DNA from: Deltaproteobacteria bacterium
Lineage (GTDB): Bacteria > Desulfobacterota > Desulfobacteria > Desulfobacterales > C00003060
NCBI GenBank assembly: GCA_030592345.1
Contig: JAUVJO010000003.1
Coordinates: 1-33,548, forward strand
Reading direction: 5' to 3'
Length of the DNA stretch: 33,548 nucleotides
Both the position numbers and the translations under genes were made by a program. Within the stretch, counting starts at the first letter, position 1, and the number at the start of each line of letters is the position of its first letter. Positions 1-9,647 of the stretch are shown here, piece after piece. Below the pieces are notes generated by a model. It was not told the origin of the DNA and ran no database searches. It saw nothing but the letters and a program-made list of their open reading frames with translations.

Positions 1-1
1 C

Positions 2-50
2 TTTGCTCCCTGCTCCATGCTCCCTGCTCTTTGCTCTATGCCCCTTGCTC
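2..50. repeat. Heptamer tandem array (NNTGCTC)x7
   Basis: tttgctc cctgctc catgctc cctgctc tttgctc tatgccc cttgctc; overlaps the last codons and stop of the GT2 gene; may extend left of the window. Confidence 0.85.
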
Positions 51-833
51 TTTCACCAGCCCGTTGGAACATGTGTATTCACTTGATTCCACAACCTTTC
101 TCAGAAGCTCATCATTTGTGGAAAGTCGTGTCTTGTCATGGTCCGGATGCCAGAGGTGGAAACAGATGGCCATAAATGGGTGCTCTTTTCTCTTCAGACC
201 GTAACGGTAAAAACGAACCGCGAGTTCAGAGTCTTCCCGTCCCCATCCCTCAAAGTCTTGATTGAATCCATTAACAGCGCATATGTCCTTCCTAAAAAAA
301 CTCATGTTACAACTGCGCATTCCACGCAGCCTGGTGGAGGAATACGAAGGGAAGCATGTAAGTCTTACTATGTGATGACTATTTGATATATCTCGTCTGA
401 GAGCATACCCCAGGAGTCTAGGCGTGGAATTTGCATCCTCATGCGTAAAGGTGAGGGAAAGCCTTTTGCTTATAAGAACCCTCTTGCCCTGGAAGAAGTA
501 GCCTGGCTCGGCAAGCAAAAGGTGATCTTCAATAAAGTGCTTTTCAGGAATGCAGTCTCCGTCAAGCAGGACTATGTACTCTCCTTTTGATCTCTTGATT
601 GCTTTGTTTCTGATTTCTGCGGCTCTGAATCCCCGATCCTCTTGCCACACGTGTTGTAGCGAATACGAGGAACAGGCAATGAAGTGGCGAACTGATTCAA
701 CAGCCTCTGCTCCGGAACCGTCATCAGCCACGATGACCTCATCGGCCATCCTGGTTTGATTCCCCAGACTTTCCAACACCTTGACCAATGTCTCCGCTCG
801 GTTGTAAGTAGTTATGATAACTGATACTCTCAC
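36..833 (-). CDS. Glycosyltransferase family 2 (probably LPS/surface glycan)
   Basis: VSVIITTYN start, VIVADDGS, DxD motif (LLDGDC), C-terminal GFNQDFEGWGREDSE; last gene of the lipid A cluster in the window. Confidence 0.9.
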   Translation of the reverse strand: MRVSVIITTYNRAETLVKVLESLGNQTRMADEVIVADDGSGAEAVESVRHFIACSSYSLQHVWQEDRGFRAAEIRNKAIKRSKGEYIVLLDGDCIPEKHFIEDHLLLAEPGYFFQGKRVLISKRLSLTFTHEDANSTPRLLGYALRRDISNSHHIVRLTCFPSYSSTRLRGMRSCNMSFFRKDICAVNGFNQDFEGWGREDSELAVRFYRYGLKRKEHPFMAICFHLWHPDHDKTRLSTNDELLRKVVESSEYTCSNGLVKEQGA

Positions 834-875
834 GTATACTGCTCCAACTCAGGTCTTTCGTAATCGTTTTCCCCT

Positions 876-1049
876 TCAGCTTTCTATCGGCTTTGCTTCG
901 TCAATTAGCATGATGGGAATGTCATCCTTGATTTCATAAAGGAGCTTACACTTATCACAGATAAGACCGTCCTTTTTATCGTTGAGATAAATATCCCCTT
1001 TGCACTTTGGACAGGCCAAAATATCCAACAACTCCTGGCTGATTGTCAT
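876..1049 (-). CDS. ycaR: Trm112/YcaR family small protein (UPF0434)
   Basis: LLDILACPKCKG...CDKC..YEIKDDIPIMLIDEA; ATG at 1049 after GGAGG; usual position downstream of lpxK. Confidence 0.9.
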   Translation of the reverse strand: MTISQELLDILACPKCKGDIYLNDKKDGLICDKCKLLYEIKDDIPIMLIDEAKPIES

Positions 1050-1115
1050 ACCTTTACCTCCCTTCGTAAGAATGATTGAGTGGTCGAATGATTTTCTAAT
1101 CAACCAATCGACCGC

Positions 1116-2228
1116 TTAAATGGACAACGCCCAGGTCTTGATATACTCTTCAAAGGCTTCTGTATCATCTCCGAAGGAGATGGTAATCTCCAGAACTAAC
1201 AATTGCGGCGATGATGGAATATCAGTCGAAATATTGACGTAATCCTTCTCAGTTGTAATGATGCTATCAACGTTCAGGTCTCTTGCCGTCTCCCAAATGA
1301 GCCTCAGGTCGTGATGGCTATACCGATGATGGTCAACAAAGTCAAGGAAGCCTGAAATATTTCCTTCAAGCCCGGCAATGGTTTCACGAAAAGACTCATT
1401 TCGGGCAATACCGGAAAACGCAAAGAGGTTTCGTCCTTTCAGACCGGCTACATCGAGCACCTCTTTGCGGCCGGCCGCAAAGAGCATTTCAGGGACATGC
1501 TTGCACCGGAAAACCGGACGCCCGTGGGCGCTGATGATAGAGCGCTCTTGAGTTAAATTGCTCCCATCCGCTCGCCATCGAGTCAGAACAAAAGCGCTGG
1601 CACGTTTTATATGTTCCACGGGCTCACGCAGCGTGCCCCTTGGGATACAATAGCCGTTACCAAAAGGATGCGTACTGTCCAAAAGCAATAGGTCCAGATC
1701 CCTTTTCAAGGCCAGGTGCTGAAACGCATCATCAAGAACCAAAACTGATGACCCAAAACTGGAGAAGGCGCGCCTGCCTGCCTGATAGCGGTTTTTCCCG
1801 ACGAGCAAAGGGACTCCCTTGAGTTTCGAAGCCAACAGTTGAGGTTCGTCCCCTGATGACCGCACTCCCATCAATGTGGCCTTGCCATCCGATACAATTC
1901 CCCCCAAACACTGGGCCTGCCCCCCATATCCCCGGCTAATAACAGCTACATCGAGGCCAAGCCCTTTCAATAGAGTTGCCACATGGTGCACCATTGGGGT
2001 TTTTCCAGTGCCTCCCATGGTTATGTTGCCTATCGAAACAACCTTGCACGGCAGGCTCTTTTGTTTCAAGACGCCCTTATTGTACAGATGTAGCCGGAAT
2101 CTCACGGCCACTTGATAAACTTTAGAGCATGCATAGAGCAAGAATTCAAGAGGTGATGAAAAGGCACGGGAAGCCATATCGCATCGAGTCATCACTCGCT
2201 CTACCTTACGTCCCAAAAGACTCACCAT
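1116..2228 (-). CDS. lpxK: Tetraacyldisaccharide 4'-kinase
   Basis: SIGNITMGGTGKTP P-loop, ISRGYGG, GDEP, LDDAFQH, PRGTLREP, TTEKD motifs. Confidence 0.96.
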   Translation of the reverse strand: MVSLLGRKVERVMTRCDMASRAFSSPLEFLLYACSKVYQVAVRFRLHLYNKGVLKQKSLPCKVVSIGNITMGGTGKTPMVHHVATLLKGLGLDVAVISRGYGGQAQCLGGIVSDGKATLMGVRSSGDEPQLLASKLKGVPLLVGKNRYQAGRRAFSSFGSSVLVLDDAFQHLALKRDLDLLLLDSTHPFGNGYCIPRGTLREPVEHIKRASAFVLTRWRADGSNLTQERSIISAHGRPVFRCKHVPEMLFAAGRKEVLDVAGLKGRNLFAFSGIARNESFRETIAGLEGNISGFLDFVDHHRYSHHDLRLIWETARDLNVDSIITTEKDYVNISTDIPSSPQLLVLEITISFGDDTEAFEEYIKTWALSI

Positions 2229-2282
2229 ATAGTGACCTCTATCACGCTCATTGCAAGGGCTCAGCCAGTGCCAAAATCGTGT

Positions 2283-3359
2283 TCAATCGGCATTGAGTAG
2301 CATGAAGGTCCCAAGGCATGCAAATATGAAGTTAGTTAACCATGCTGCTATCATCGGTGGCAAGATCTCCCCATATCCCAACGACAGACAAAAGCTGTAA
2401 ATGGTCCAATAAAGAAATGCCATCACAATACCTGAAAAAATACTACTGGCAAGCCCTTCCTTCTTTTCCCTCCAAAGGGCCAAACCAACCCCTGCAATAC
2501 TCATGATAATGCATACAAAGGGAAAGGCTATTTTGGCACTTAGGTCTACCCTATAAGTTGTAGCATCGTATCCTTCTTGTTCAACCTCCCGTATATATCC
2601 GGACAGCTCACTGTAACTCATTTCCTCACACTTCTTCACAACCCTGCTTAGATCTTCGGGAGCAAATTCGAGTTTTTCAGTACTTTCCGGCAGACAGGTG
2701 ACCTTATAGCTTCCATCATCTTCCAATAGAACCTGCTCAATGACATCAAAGAAATGCCATCTCCCTCCGGAATAAACACCCTTTTGAGCATCAAGGCATC
2801 TTATCAGGCGGAACTGCTCGTCAAAAAAATTCAGCGTTACGCCAAATATCGCCTTATCAGAAGGCATGAAATACTTAATGAGGAAAATGGAGCGATTACC
2901 TTTGATCCAGATATTCTTTTCCCTGGAGGTAACTGCAGATTCCTTTCTGACTTCACCTTGCCATATCTCATTTGCTCTCCTCATGGTCATCGGGACTAAA
3001 GACTCGCTAAAGAAAAAAAGGAGGGCGCTAAATATTGCGGCTATAACAAGAATAGGCTTGAAGAGACAACGGACACTCACTCCACCGCTTTTTAAGGCTA
3101 CTATCTCATTGTTCCTGACCATGAGACCAAAGACTATTATCACAGCCAGCAAAAGACCCACAGGTGTTATCTGGGCCACTATAAAAGGAATCCTGAGCGC
3201 AAAAAACACAACGGCCCTTGACAGGGCCACCTTGGCCTCTACAAAGTTATCAATTTTCTCGAAAAAATCAACCGCGAGATATATGCCCACCACACTGCTA
3301 AGCACCATACAAAAATACTTCATCAATTCTCTGATCAGGTATTTGTTAAGTACTGTCAT
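2283..3359 (-). CDS. lptG: LPS export ABC transporter permease LptG
   Basis: YjgP/YjgQ pattern (NNEIVALKSGGVS, 3 TM + periplasmic domain + 3 TM, AAWLTN); follows lptF. Confidence 0.92.
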   Translation of the reverse strand: MTVLNKYLIRELMKYFCMVLSSVVGIYLAVDFFEKIDNFVEAKVALSRAVVFFALRIPFIVAQITPVGLLLAVIIVFGLMVRNNEIVALKSGGVSVRCLFKPILVIAAIFSALLFFFSESLVPMTMRRANEIWQGEVRKESAVTSREKNIWIKGNRSIFLIKYFMPSDKAIFGVTLNFFDEQFRLIRCLDAQKGVYSGGRWHFFDVIEQVLLEDDGSYKVTCLPESTEKLEFAPEDLSRVVKKCEEMSYSELSGYIREVEQEGYDATTYRVDLSAKIAFPFVCIIMSIAGVGLALWREKKEGLASSIFSGIVMAFLYWTIYSFCLSLGYGEILPPMIAAWLTNFIFACLGTFMLLNAD

Positions 3360-4541
3360 CTAACTTGCTTTTCCCGAACGAATTTTTTCCCATTGTGTGT
3401 CAAGAAAACCGGTCAGTTTGGCCAACAGGGGACGCTCCCTTGCACTTGAAATTAGAAGGTACATACCAACGGCCCCGATCACCAGGTTGGGACCCCACAT
3501 AGCAATAATGGGTGCGCAGGTCCCTGCTTCACCAAGAACCCAGCCAACGGACATCAGCACATAGTAAACGAGAAAAAAAAACAGACCAAGCATCATTCCA
3601 AAAGACCGCTTTGCAAAGTTTGATTGAATCCCCAAGGGGACAGCTATAAGACCGAGGACAAAACATGCAAAGGGAATGGAAAACTTCTCATGATATTGCA
3701 TCAAGGTTGAATAGTATTCGGCATTTTTTTGTGCAGCCTTCTTCAAACTCTCGCGCAGTTCCGCTAAACTCATCTCTCTTCTGCTTTTCTGGCTCTGTTT
3801 CTTGGCGGATAGCACCTGGGCAAGTTCAACATTGATATCATAGGTGTCGAAACGAATAGAGTGGACAGCCTTACTCTTCTGATCGACCTGATTAACAATT
3901 CCGTTGAACAGTGTTAATCGGAACGCAGCTTTTCCAGTCTCGCCAAGGAGTTTTCCCTTGGGAGCAATAATAGTGCTTACCATCCCGGGAGTTTGCCGAT
4001 CTTCAACAAAAATATCGGTGAGGGTTTTCTCATGCGGATCGATTTCACTGACATAAAGCATGATACCATCGAAACTGTCGTTAAACCTTCTCTCTTTTAA
4101 GCCTATATGAATATTTGATGTGGCGGCTTCAAGCAATAGAGCCTTAGAAGAAAGCTGCCCCCACGGAGATCCAAATATGCACACGAAACCGGTCACCAGG
4201 CACCCGACAAGACAGAAAACGAATACTGCGGGCAGAAGCCCATAAATGCTAAGCCCGCCAGCTTTCATAGCAATGATCTCATTGTCATTTGATAATCTCA
4301 GGAAGGCAAGTAGCACACCCATCATGATCGACACAGGGAGTACAAAGACCAGGAAACGAGGTATGGCGTATATCAACAGGAGAAGGATAGAAGACAGGCT
4401 CACGCCATGGTTTATGACCAGGTCGGTAACATCCAGTATTTTGGCCATCTGGAAAATAAAGGTAAATACTACCAGGTTGATGATAAAAGGAGGTATCATC
4501 TCCTTGAACACATATTTTGCAATAATGCTATTTACTTTCAT
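3360..4541 (-). CDS. lptF: LPS export ABC transporter permease LptF
   Basis: RLSNDNEIIAMKAGG, EKFSIPFAC, MWGPN motifs; start moved to MKVNS (4541), overlapping the msbA stop. Confidence 0.92.
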   Translation of the reverse strand: MKVNSIIAKYVFKEMIPPFIINLVVFTFIFQMAKILDVTDLVINHGVSLSSILLLLIYAIPRFLVFVLPVSIMMGVLLAFLRLSNDNEIIAMKAGGLSIYGLLPAVFVFCLVGCLVTGFVCIFGSPWGQLSSKALLLEAATSNIHIGLKERRFNDSFDGIMLYVSEIDPHEKTLTDIFVEDRQTPGMVSTIIAPKGKLLGETGKAAFRLTLFNGIVNQVDQKSKAVHSIRFDTYDINVELAQVLSAKKQSQKSRREMSLAELRESLKKAAQKNAEYYSTLMQYHEKFSIPFACFVLGLIAVPLGIQSNFAKRSFGMMLGLFFFLVYYVLMSVGWVLGEAGTCAPIIAMWGPNLVIGAVGMYLLISSARERPLLAKLTGFLDTQWEKIRSGKAS

Positions 4542-6327
4542 GCGTCTTCTGGCAATTGTTGTTCTCAAACTGCATTTTGTAGAGTTTGCAATACTCGCCT
4601 TGGCGGGCCATGAGTTCCTCATGTTTGCCATCCTCTACAATCTGCCCGTTTACAATTACGACTATACGATCAGCATGATGGATTGTGGAAAGCCTGTGCG
4701 CGATCACAAAGGTCGTGCGACCCTGCATCAGGTTTTCAAGGGCGTGCTGAACGGCCAGTTCCGACGCGGTATCAAGTGAAGAAGTAGCTTCATCCAGGAT
4801 AAGGATAGGTGCATTCTTCAGAAGTGCACGCGCAATACAAATGCGTTGCTTTTCCCCTCCGGAAAGTCGCACCCCCTTCTCACCCACCACGGTATTGAAT
4901 GAGTCAGGAAACCCTTGAACAAAATCATAGGCGTAGGCTGCCTTTGCCGCTGCTATGATGTCTGACTCGGATGCATTCAGATTACCGTAGGCAATATTGT
5001 TGTAAACCGTATCATTAAAAAGAATGGGGTCCTGGGTTACTATCCCTATCTGATTGCGAAGTGATTTGATCGTCATACCCCTGATATCGTGCCCGTCGAT
5101 GAGGACAGCGCCTTCGGTTACATCGTAAAAGCGAGGAATCAAGTTCACCGAAGTCGTCTTGCCTCCACCACTCGTTCCCACCAGGGCCAGAATTTCGCCG
5201 CTCTTCACTTCAAGGTTGATATTTCTTAGGACCATTTGGTCTTCGTACTTGAAAGAAACATTACGAAAAATCACTGAGTGACGCCCCGCATCGAGAGCCA
5301 CAGCGTCTTGCCGTTCTTCGATTTCCGAAGACATATCGAGGATATGATAGATTCGAACTGCTGCGGCCATGCCTTCCTGGATCATGTTGTTCAGTTCGCT
5401 GATCCTCTTGATAGGTTCGTACAACATGATCAGAGCTGTCATGAAAGAAAAGAACGTCCCCGGAGTTGATGTCCCTTGGATCACCTTGTTTCCGCCATAC
5501 CAGATTATGAGTGTGATACCGATGCCCCCCAGGAAGTGCATGACAGGCGAAGATAAGGATCTGACCATTACGGCCTTCATTTCATACTGAAATAATCGAA
5601 GCGTCTTTTCAAAAAAGCGCCTGTTTTCATAGGGCTCCATCCCGAAAGCCCTTACAATTTTCGTGCCCGTAAAGGTCTCGTGGAGCAGCGAACTTACGTC
5701 AGCCATGGCTTCCTGGGTCCTGGTGCTGAATTTTCGCATTCGCCTGCCAAATTTCACAATGGGGATCACAGCCAGTGGTAAAACAGTGATTGCAATCAAG
5801 GCCAGCTTCCAATCTCGATAGAAAATAACACAAAGTAACCCTATGATCGTAAAGAAATCCCTTAGTATCCCGGTAACGGCTTGGGATACCATCGACATGA
5901 CAATGTTAACGTCGTTCATAATTCTTGCCATCAGCAGGCCGGTGTCATGTTTGTGGAAAAACGACAAGGACAACACCTGAATGTGACTGTAGAGTTTGTC
6001 ACGCAACTGCTTGACAAGGTTATGTCCGACATAACTCATGAGATATGCCTGACCAAAAAAGGCCGCTCCTCTAAACAGGTAGAGTAAGATGATAACAAGT
6101 GGAAGGAGCATCAACATGGTCTTGTCTTTGTCAACAAAGATATCGTCCATTACAGGCTTGACAAGATAGGCCGTCGCGGCAGTCAACCCTGCCACCACCA
6201 TCATACACAACATGGCCGAAAGGAGGCGAAGCCACTGTGATATTACAAGGGTAAAAATCCGGCGGGATACACTTGGCAAGTCGGTGCCTTTTGTTTTTTT
6301 GTAGGCGTTCACAGGTTCAGAGTTCAC
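4528..6327 (-). CDS. msbA: Lipid A export ABC transporter (TMD+NBD)
   Basis: Multi-TM N-terminal half, Walker A GTSGGGKTT, signature LSGGEKQR, Walker B ILILDEATS; lipid A cluster context; start uncertain because it lies in a repeat. Confidence 0.92.
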   Translation of the reverse strand: MNSEPVNAYKKTKGTDLPSVSRRIFTLVISQWLRLLSAMLCMMVVAGLTAATAYLVKPVMDDIFVDKDKTMLMLLPLVIILLYLFRGAAFFGQAYLMSYVGHNLVKQLRDKLYSHIQVLSLSFFHKHDTGLLMARIMNDVNIVMSMVSQAVTGILRDFFTIIGLLCVIFYRDWKLALIAITVLPLAVIPIVKFGRRMRKFSTRTQEAMADVSSLLHETFTGTKIVRAFGMEPYENRRFFEKTLRLFQYEMKAVMVRSLSSPVMHFLGGIGITLIIWYGGNKVIQGTSTPGTFFSFMTALIMLYEPIKRISELNNMIQEGMAAAVRIYHILDMSSEIEERQDAVALDAGRHSVIFRNVSFKYEDQMVLRNINLEVKSGEILALVGTSGGGKTTSVNLIPRFYDVTEGAVLIDGHDIRGMTIKSLRNQIGIVTQDPILFNDTVYNNIAYGNLNASESDIIAAAKAAYAYDFVQGFPDSFNTVVGEKGVRLSGGEKQRICIARALLKNAPILILDEATSSLDTASELAVQHALENLMQGRTTFVIAHRLSTIHHADRIVVIVNGQIVEDGKHEELMARQGEYCKLYKMQFENNNCQKTHESK

Positions 6328-6331
6328 CGTT
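6300..6331. repeat. GTTCA-based short array with a GTARNCGTTCAC-type terminus
   Basis: tgtaggcgttcacaggttcagagttcaccgtt; related units at 20121-20164, 21488-21530, 21693-21710 and 28388. Confidence 0.65.
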
Positions 6332-6354
6332 ACCTATATTCCTCAATCCCTAAT

Positions 6355-6398
6355 CACAACTTTAGGCACTTTAGCTCACTTCAGACACTTTAGACACT
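6355..6398. repeat. CACTTTAG(N)N 9/10-mer array
   Basis: cacaactttaggcactttagctcacttcagacactttagacact; near-identical to 9600-9643. Confidence 0.85.
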
Positions 6399-6403
6399 CG
6401 AAA

Positions 6404-7105
6404 CTAATCTATCCTGTGACCATAGTATCGGTCCACCACTTTCGTGATTCTGTTGAGTTCATCTTCAAGCCTCAGGCGATAAGACTCGTGGCCTTTTGCA
6501 TCGATTTTTGTGGGAACGGAAACAGGTGTGCCAAAAATAACGCGACACTCAGTAAAGGGATAAGGAAGGAGAAAGCGGTCCCAACTGGCAAAGATTTTTA
6601 TCCTCTTGGCACCGTAACTCACAGGGACAATAGGATACCCTGTCTTTTGAGCCAAGGCGATCACACCAGGCTGAACCTTGAACCGCGGACCCCCTGGACC
6701 GTCCGGAACCATCCCTCCAGGACGAATATCTTTTTTGAGGGCCTTGATCAGTTTGGTCATTGCTCGAAGGCCGTGCCGCGAAGTAGATCCGCGGATGGTC
6801 TCGTGGCCCTGCCGTTGGAGTATCTGTGCCATGATCTCCCCGTCCTTGGATTTGCTGACAAGGATGGCTGCACCCCACCCCTTGTAAAGGTAGCTAATCA
6901 TCAATATCCTCGAATGCCAAAAGGTAAAGATGAATCTCCTTGACTCAATCAGAGATCGAGCCTTCTCTAAGTCAACGAAGCGAATCCGCATCGTGGAGCA
7001 GATCAGATCGACCAAACCTTTCCCCAGCCAGCCGACCAGCCGCCACTTCAAGCTGTCGGATTGCGGATTGCGAATTGCGAGTTTAGAATTTAGGTAAAAC
7101 GTCAT
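6404..7105 (-). CDS. DUF374 / lysophospholipid acyltransferase family protein
   Basis: FWHSRIL, LVSKSKDGE, IRGSTSR, PDGPGGP, SWDRFLLPYPF motifs; typical neighbour of msbA/lpxB. Confidence 0.88.
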   Translation of the reverse strand: MTFYLNSKLAIRNPQSDSLKWRLVGWLGKGLVDLICSTMRIRFVDLEKARSLIESRRFIFTFWHSRILMISYLYKGWGAAILVSKSKDGEIMAQILQRQGHETIRGSTSRHGLRAMTKLIKALKKDIRPGGMVPDGPGGPRFKVQPGVIALAQKTGYPIVPVSYGAKRIKIFASWDRFLLPYPFTECRVIFGTPVSVPTKIDAKGHESYRLRLEDELNRITKVVDRYYGHRID

Positions 7106-7184
7106 TATTGATATTTATTCAACACGTATGGTCGAAAAAAACTATTTACCGCAGAGAACGCAGAGAAAAAACTTGATAAATTCA

Positions 7185-8339
7185 TTAGCCTGCGGCCCCC
7201 TTATGCTCACGCGAAAGCAGACTCATGGCTACCTCTGCAGCCCGTTTCGAGGCACCCGGAGCGCCCAATCTCTGTGGCACACGGAGCAGTTGGTGTCGCA
7301 TCTCGGAAAGACAACTTTTATCTCTCAGCATCTGTAATGTATGGTGGGCGATTTTTTCGGCCGAGGCCTCGTGCTGAATCAGCTCCGGCACGATCGGTCT
7401 TCCCGCCACCAGGTTGACCAGGCCAATATGTTTTACCCGAATCATACGCTTTCCGATCCAATAACTGAAACCCGACACCTTATACACGATGATCATGGGC
7501 GTGCCTGCTATGGCCGCCTCCAAGGTTACGGTCCCGGAAGCTGTCACGATCAACGCAGCTTCATCCAACACGTCACCGAGCCTGCCAGAAACGATCAAGA
7601 ACTTCTCAGCCCTCCCCTTGGTAATAGCCTCCACCAAAGTCCTGTCCACCGTAGGGGCCACAGGTATGGCAAAACTGACACCCGGCATCTTCTCCGAGAC
7701 AATACCTGCCGCCTGCACCATAGTTGGAAGAAGACGCATAATCTCCGAGTTTCGGCTCCCGGGCAACAATCCGATCAGCAGGCCACCTTTGTTAAGGCTT
7801 TTCTTTTTCTTAGTAGGTGTCACGGAAATCACGCTGTCTAGTAAAGGATGCCCAACAAAGGTCACGGGGACATGCCATCTTTTGTAATACGCCACCTCAA
7901 AAGGAAAGATCACGACCATATGATCAACCACTTTCTTGATCTTTTTCACTCTGCCGGCCCGCCATGCCCATATCTGAGGACTAATGTAATACATGACCGG
8001 GATACCCAGTTCCCTGGCCATCGTGGCAACGCGCAGGTTAAAGTCGGGAAAATCGATAACAATAAGGAGAGCAGGGCGGAGCCTTCTCAAGTCTTCCTTG
8101 GCAACCCTGAGTGCACTGAGAAGGATTCTAAACTTTAAAAAGGCCTCGGAAATTCCAACAACAGCTATTTGAGAATTATCAACTCTTATGCCAACGCCTG
8201 CTTGTCGAAGGAGATTGCCACCTATGCCGAAAAACTCGAGCCCAGGGTTAAGCTCTTGCATTGCCTTCACAAGACGTGCACCGTGCATGTCGCCGGAGGC
8301 TTCTCCGGCAATAACCATGATTTTTTGTGTTGCGCTCAT
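7185..8339 (-). CDS. lpxB: Lipid-A-disaccharide synthase
   Basis: IAGEASGDMHG, IDFPDFN, YISPQIWAWR, VGHPL, LLPGSR, SGTVTLE. Confidence 0.97.
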   Translation of the reverse strand: MSATQKIMVIAGEASGDMHGARLVKAMQELNPGLEFFGIGGNLLRQAGVGIRVDNSQIAVVGISEAFLKFRILLSALRVAKEDLRRLRPALLIVIDFPDFNLRVATMARELGIPVMYYISPQIWAWRAGRVKKIKKVVDHMVVIFPFEVAYYKRWHVPVTFVGHPLLDSVISVTPTKKKKSLNKGGLLIGLLPGSRNSEIMRLLPTMVQAAGIVSEKMPGVSFAIPVAPTVDRTLVEAITKGRAEKFLIVSGRLGDVLDEAALIVTASGTVTLEAAIAGTPMIIVYKVSGFSYWIGKRMIRVKHIGLVNLVAGRPIVPELIQHEASAEKIAHHTLQMLRDKSCLSEMRHQLLRVPQRLGAPGASKRAAEVAMSLLSREHKGAAG

Positions 8340-8488
8340 TATTTACCCGTGAAGTAAAAATATCCGACACAGAATCTTCGTCAGTATCAGCAAAGGGGTG
8401 CGGTTTTGTGGCTTGTATCGAGGATCGGTCTGCGGCAAAAAGTTCTTCAAAAAAACGCAACCGGCAAGCGAGGCATGCATAAAATAAC

Positions 8489-9457
8489 CTAAGTTGATCG
8501 ACTTTCGGCCAGAGTCCTGCTGCTTGCCTCAATCTGCTCAATGATGTCCAGGGCGACACTGAGAGCGTTTCGGCCGTCATGCGCTGAGACCAATGGCGAC
8601 TGTCGAGTCCTTACTGACTCCACAAATGACCTTATCTCTGTTTCCAAAGAATCGGCCTTTTCAAAGGTCGATCGTTCCATGGACATCCCCGGGACAGGAA
8701 GATCAGTCCCTGGGCCATCCTTTCGGATGATGGTAATATCGTGGTTTGCATAATCCACGGAAACATAAGTGCCCTTCTGAAAGAAGCGTATCTTTCGCAT
8801 GTTTTTTATTGAAATCCGGCTGGCAGTCACGTTTGCAACACAACCATTATTAAAAATCAAGCGTGCGTTGGCAATATCTACGCGTGAAGACATGACTGGA
8901 ACTCCAGCGGCATGCATGCTCTCGAGATCGGAGTCTACAAATTTCAATATGATGTCGATGTCATGTATCATTAAATCTAAGACGACATCGACTTCTGTTC
9001 CCCTGTCCTTAAAAGCACTTAAACGGTGCGACTCTATGAACAATGGCTCGTCTACCACCTTGCTCAGTGCTATGACCGCTGGATTGAATCTTTCCAGATG
9101 GCCCACCTGGATGATCGAGCCATGGGAATCAGCAACTCTAATGAGAGCATCCGCTTCCTCAAGGGTCTCTGTTATGGGTTTTTCGACCAACGTATCCACA
9201 CTGTTTTCCAGGAAATCACGGCTAACGGGAAAATGAACCGGTGTAGGCACAACTACGCTTACCGCGTCCACCTTACCTATGAGATCCCTGTAATCCGTGA
9301 ATGATTCGGTTCCAAGCAGATTGGCAACAGCTTCTGCCCTGTCGGCAACAATATCCACAACGCCCACCAGCTCAACGTTTTCCAGGCGCGCATATTTCTC
9401 GGCATGAAACTTACCGAGATAACCCACTCCAACAACCCCAACACGTATAGGTTTCAT
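8489..9457 (-). CDS. Gfo/Idh/MocA NAD-dependent oxidoreductase (GnnA-like, possible UDP-GlcNAc 3-dehydrogenase)
   Basis: GVVGVGYLG Rossmann motif, LVEKPI, VGHLERFNPA, DLMIHDID; sits between lpxI and lpxB. Confidence 0.85.
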   Translation of the reverse strand: MKPIRVGVVGVGYLGKFHAEKYARLENVELVGVVDIVADRAEAVANLLGTESFTDYRDLIGKVDAVSVVVPTPVHFPVSRDFLENSVDTLVEKPITETLEEADALIRVADSHGSIIQVGHLERFNPAVIALSKVVDEPLFIESHRLSAFKDRGTEVDVVLDLMIHDIDIILKFVDSDLESMHAAGVPVMSSRVDIANARLIFNNGCVANVTASRISIKNMRKIRFFQKGTYVSVDYANHDITIIRKDGPGTDLPVPGMSMERSTFEKADSLETEIRSFVESVRTRQSPLVSAHDGRNALSVALDIIEQIEASSRTLAESRST

Positions 9458-9473
9458 AGTTTATTCACTAATA

Positions 9474-9643
9474 TAAAGTGCCTAAAGTGAACTAAAGTGA
9501 GCTAAAGTGTCTAAAGTCAAGAAAAGGAGGATTTCAGGAATTGAGGTCGGATAGATATCTTTCAATTCACAATTCCCCGGTTCCCCAATCCTTAATAATC
9601 ACAACTTTAGGCACTTTAGCTCACTTTAGACACTTTAGGCACT
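9474..9643. repeat. Inverted pair of TAAAGTG 9/10-mer arrays
   Basis: 9474-9517 (taaagtgcc taaagtgaac taaagtgagc taaagtgtc taaagt) faces the reverse-complement array at 9604-9643. Confidence 0.88.
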
Positions 9644-9647
9644 TGTC

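Noticed and set aside
8340-8488. Gap between the Gfo/Idh/MocA gene and lpxB as a gnnB remnant or ncRNA
   Set aside because: No aminotransferase-like peptide recognised and no convincing structure or second copy in the window.
9474-9643. TAAAGTG arrays or family A copies as a CRISPR array
   Set aside because: Units are 9-10 bp and abutting, or dispersed singly; there are no 25-45 bp unique spacers and no cas genes.
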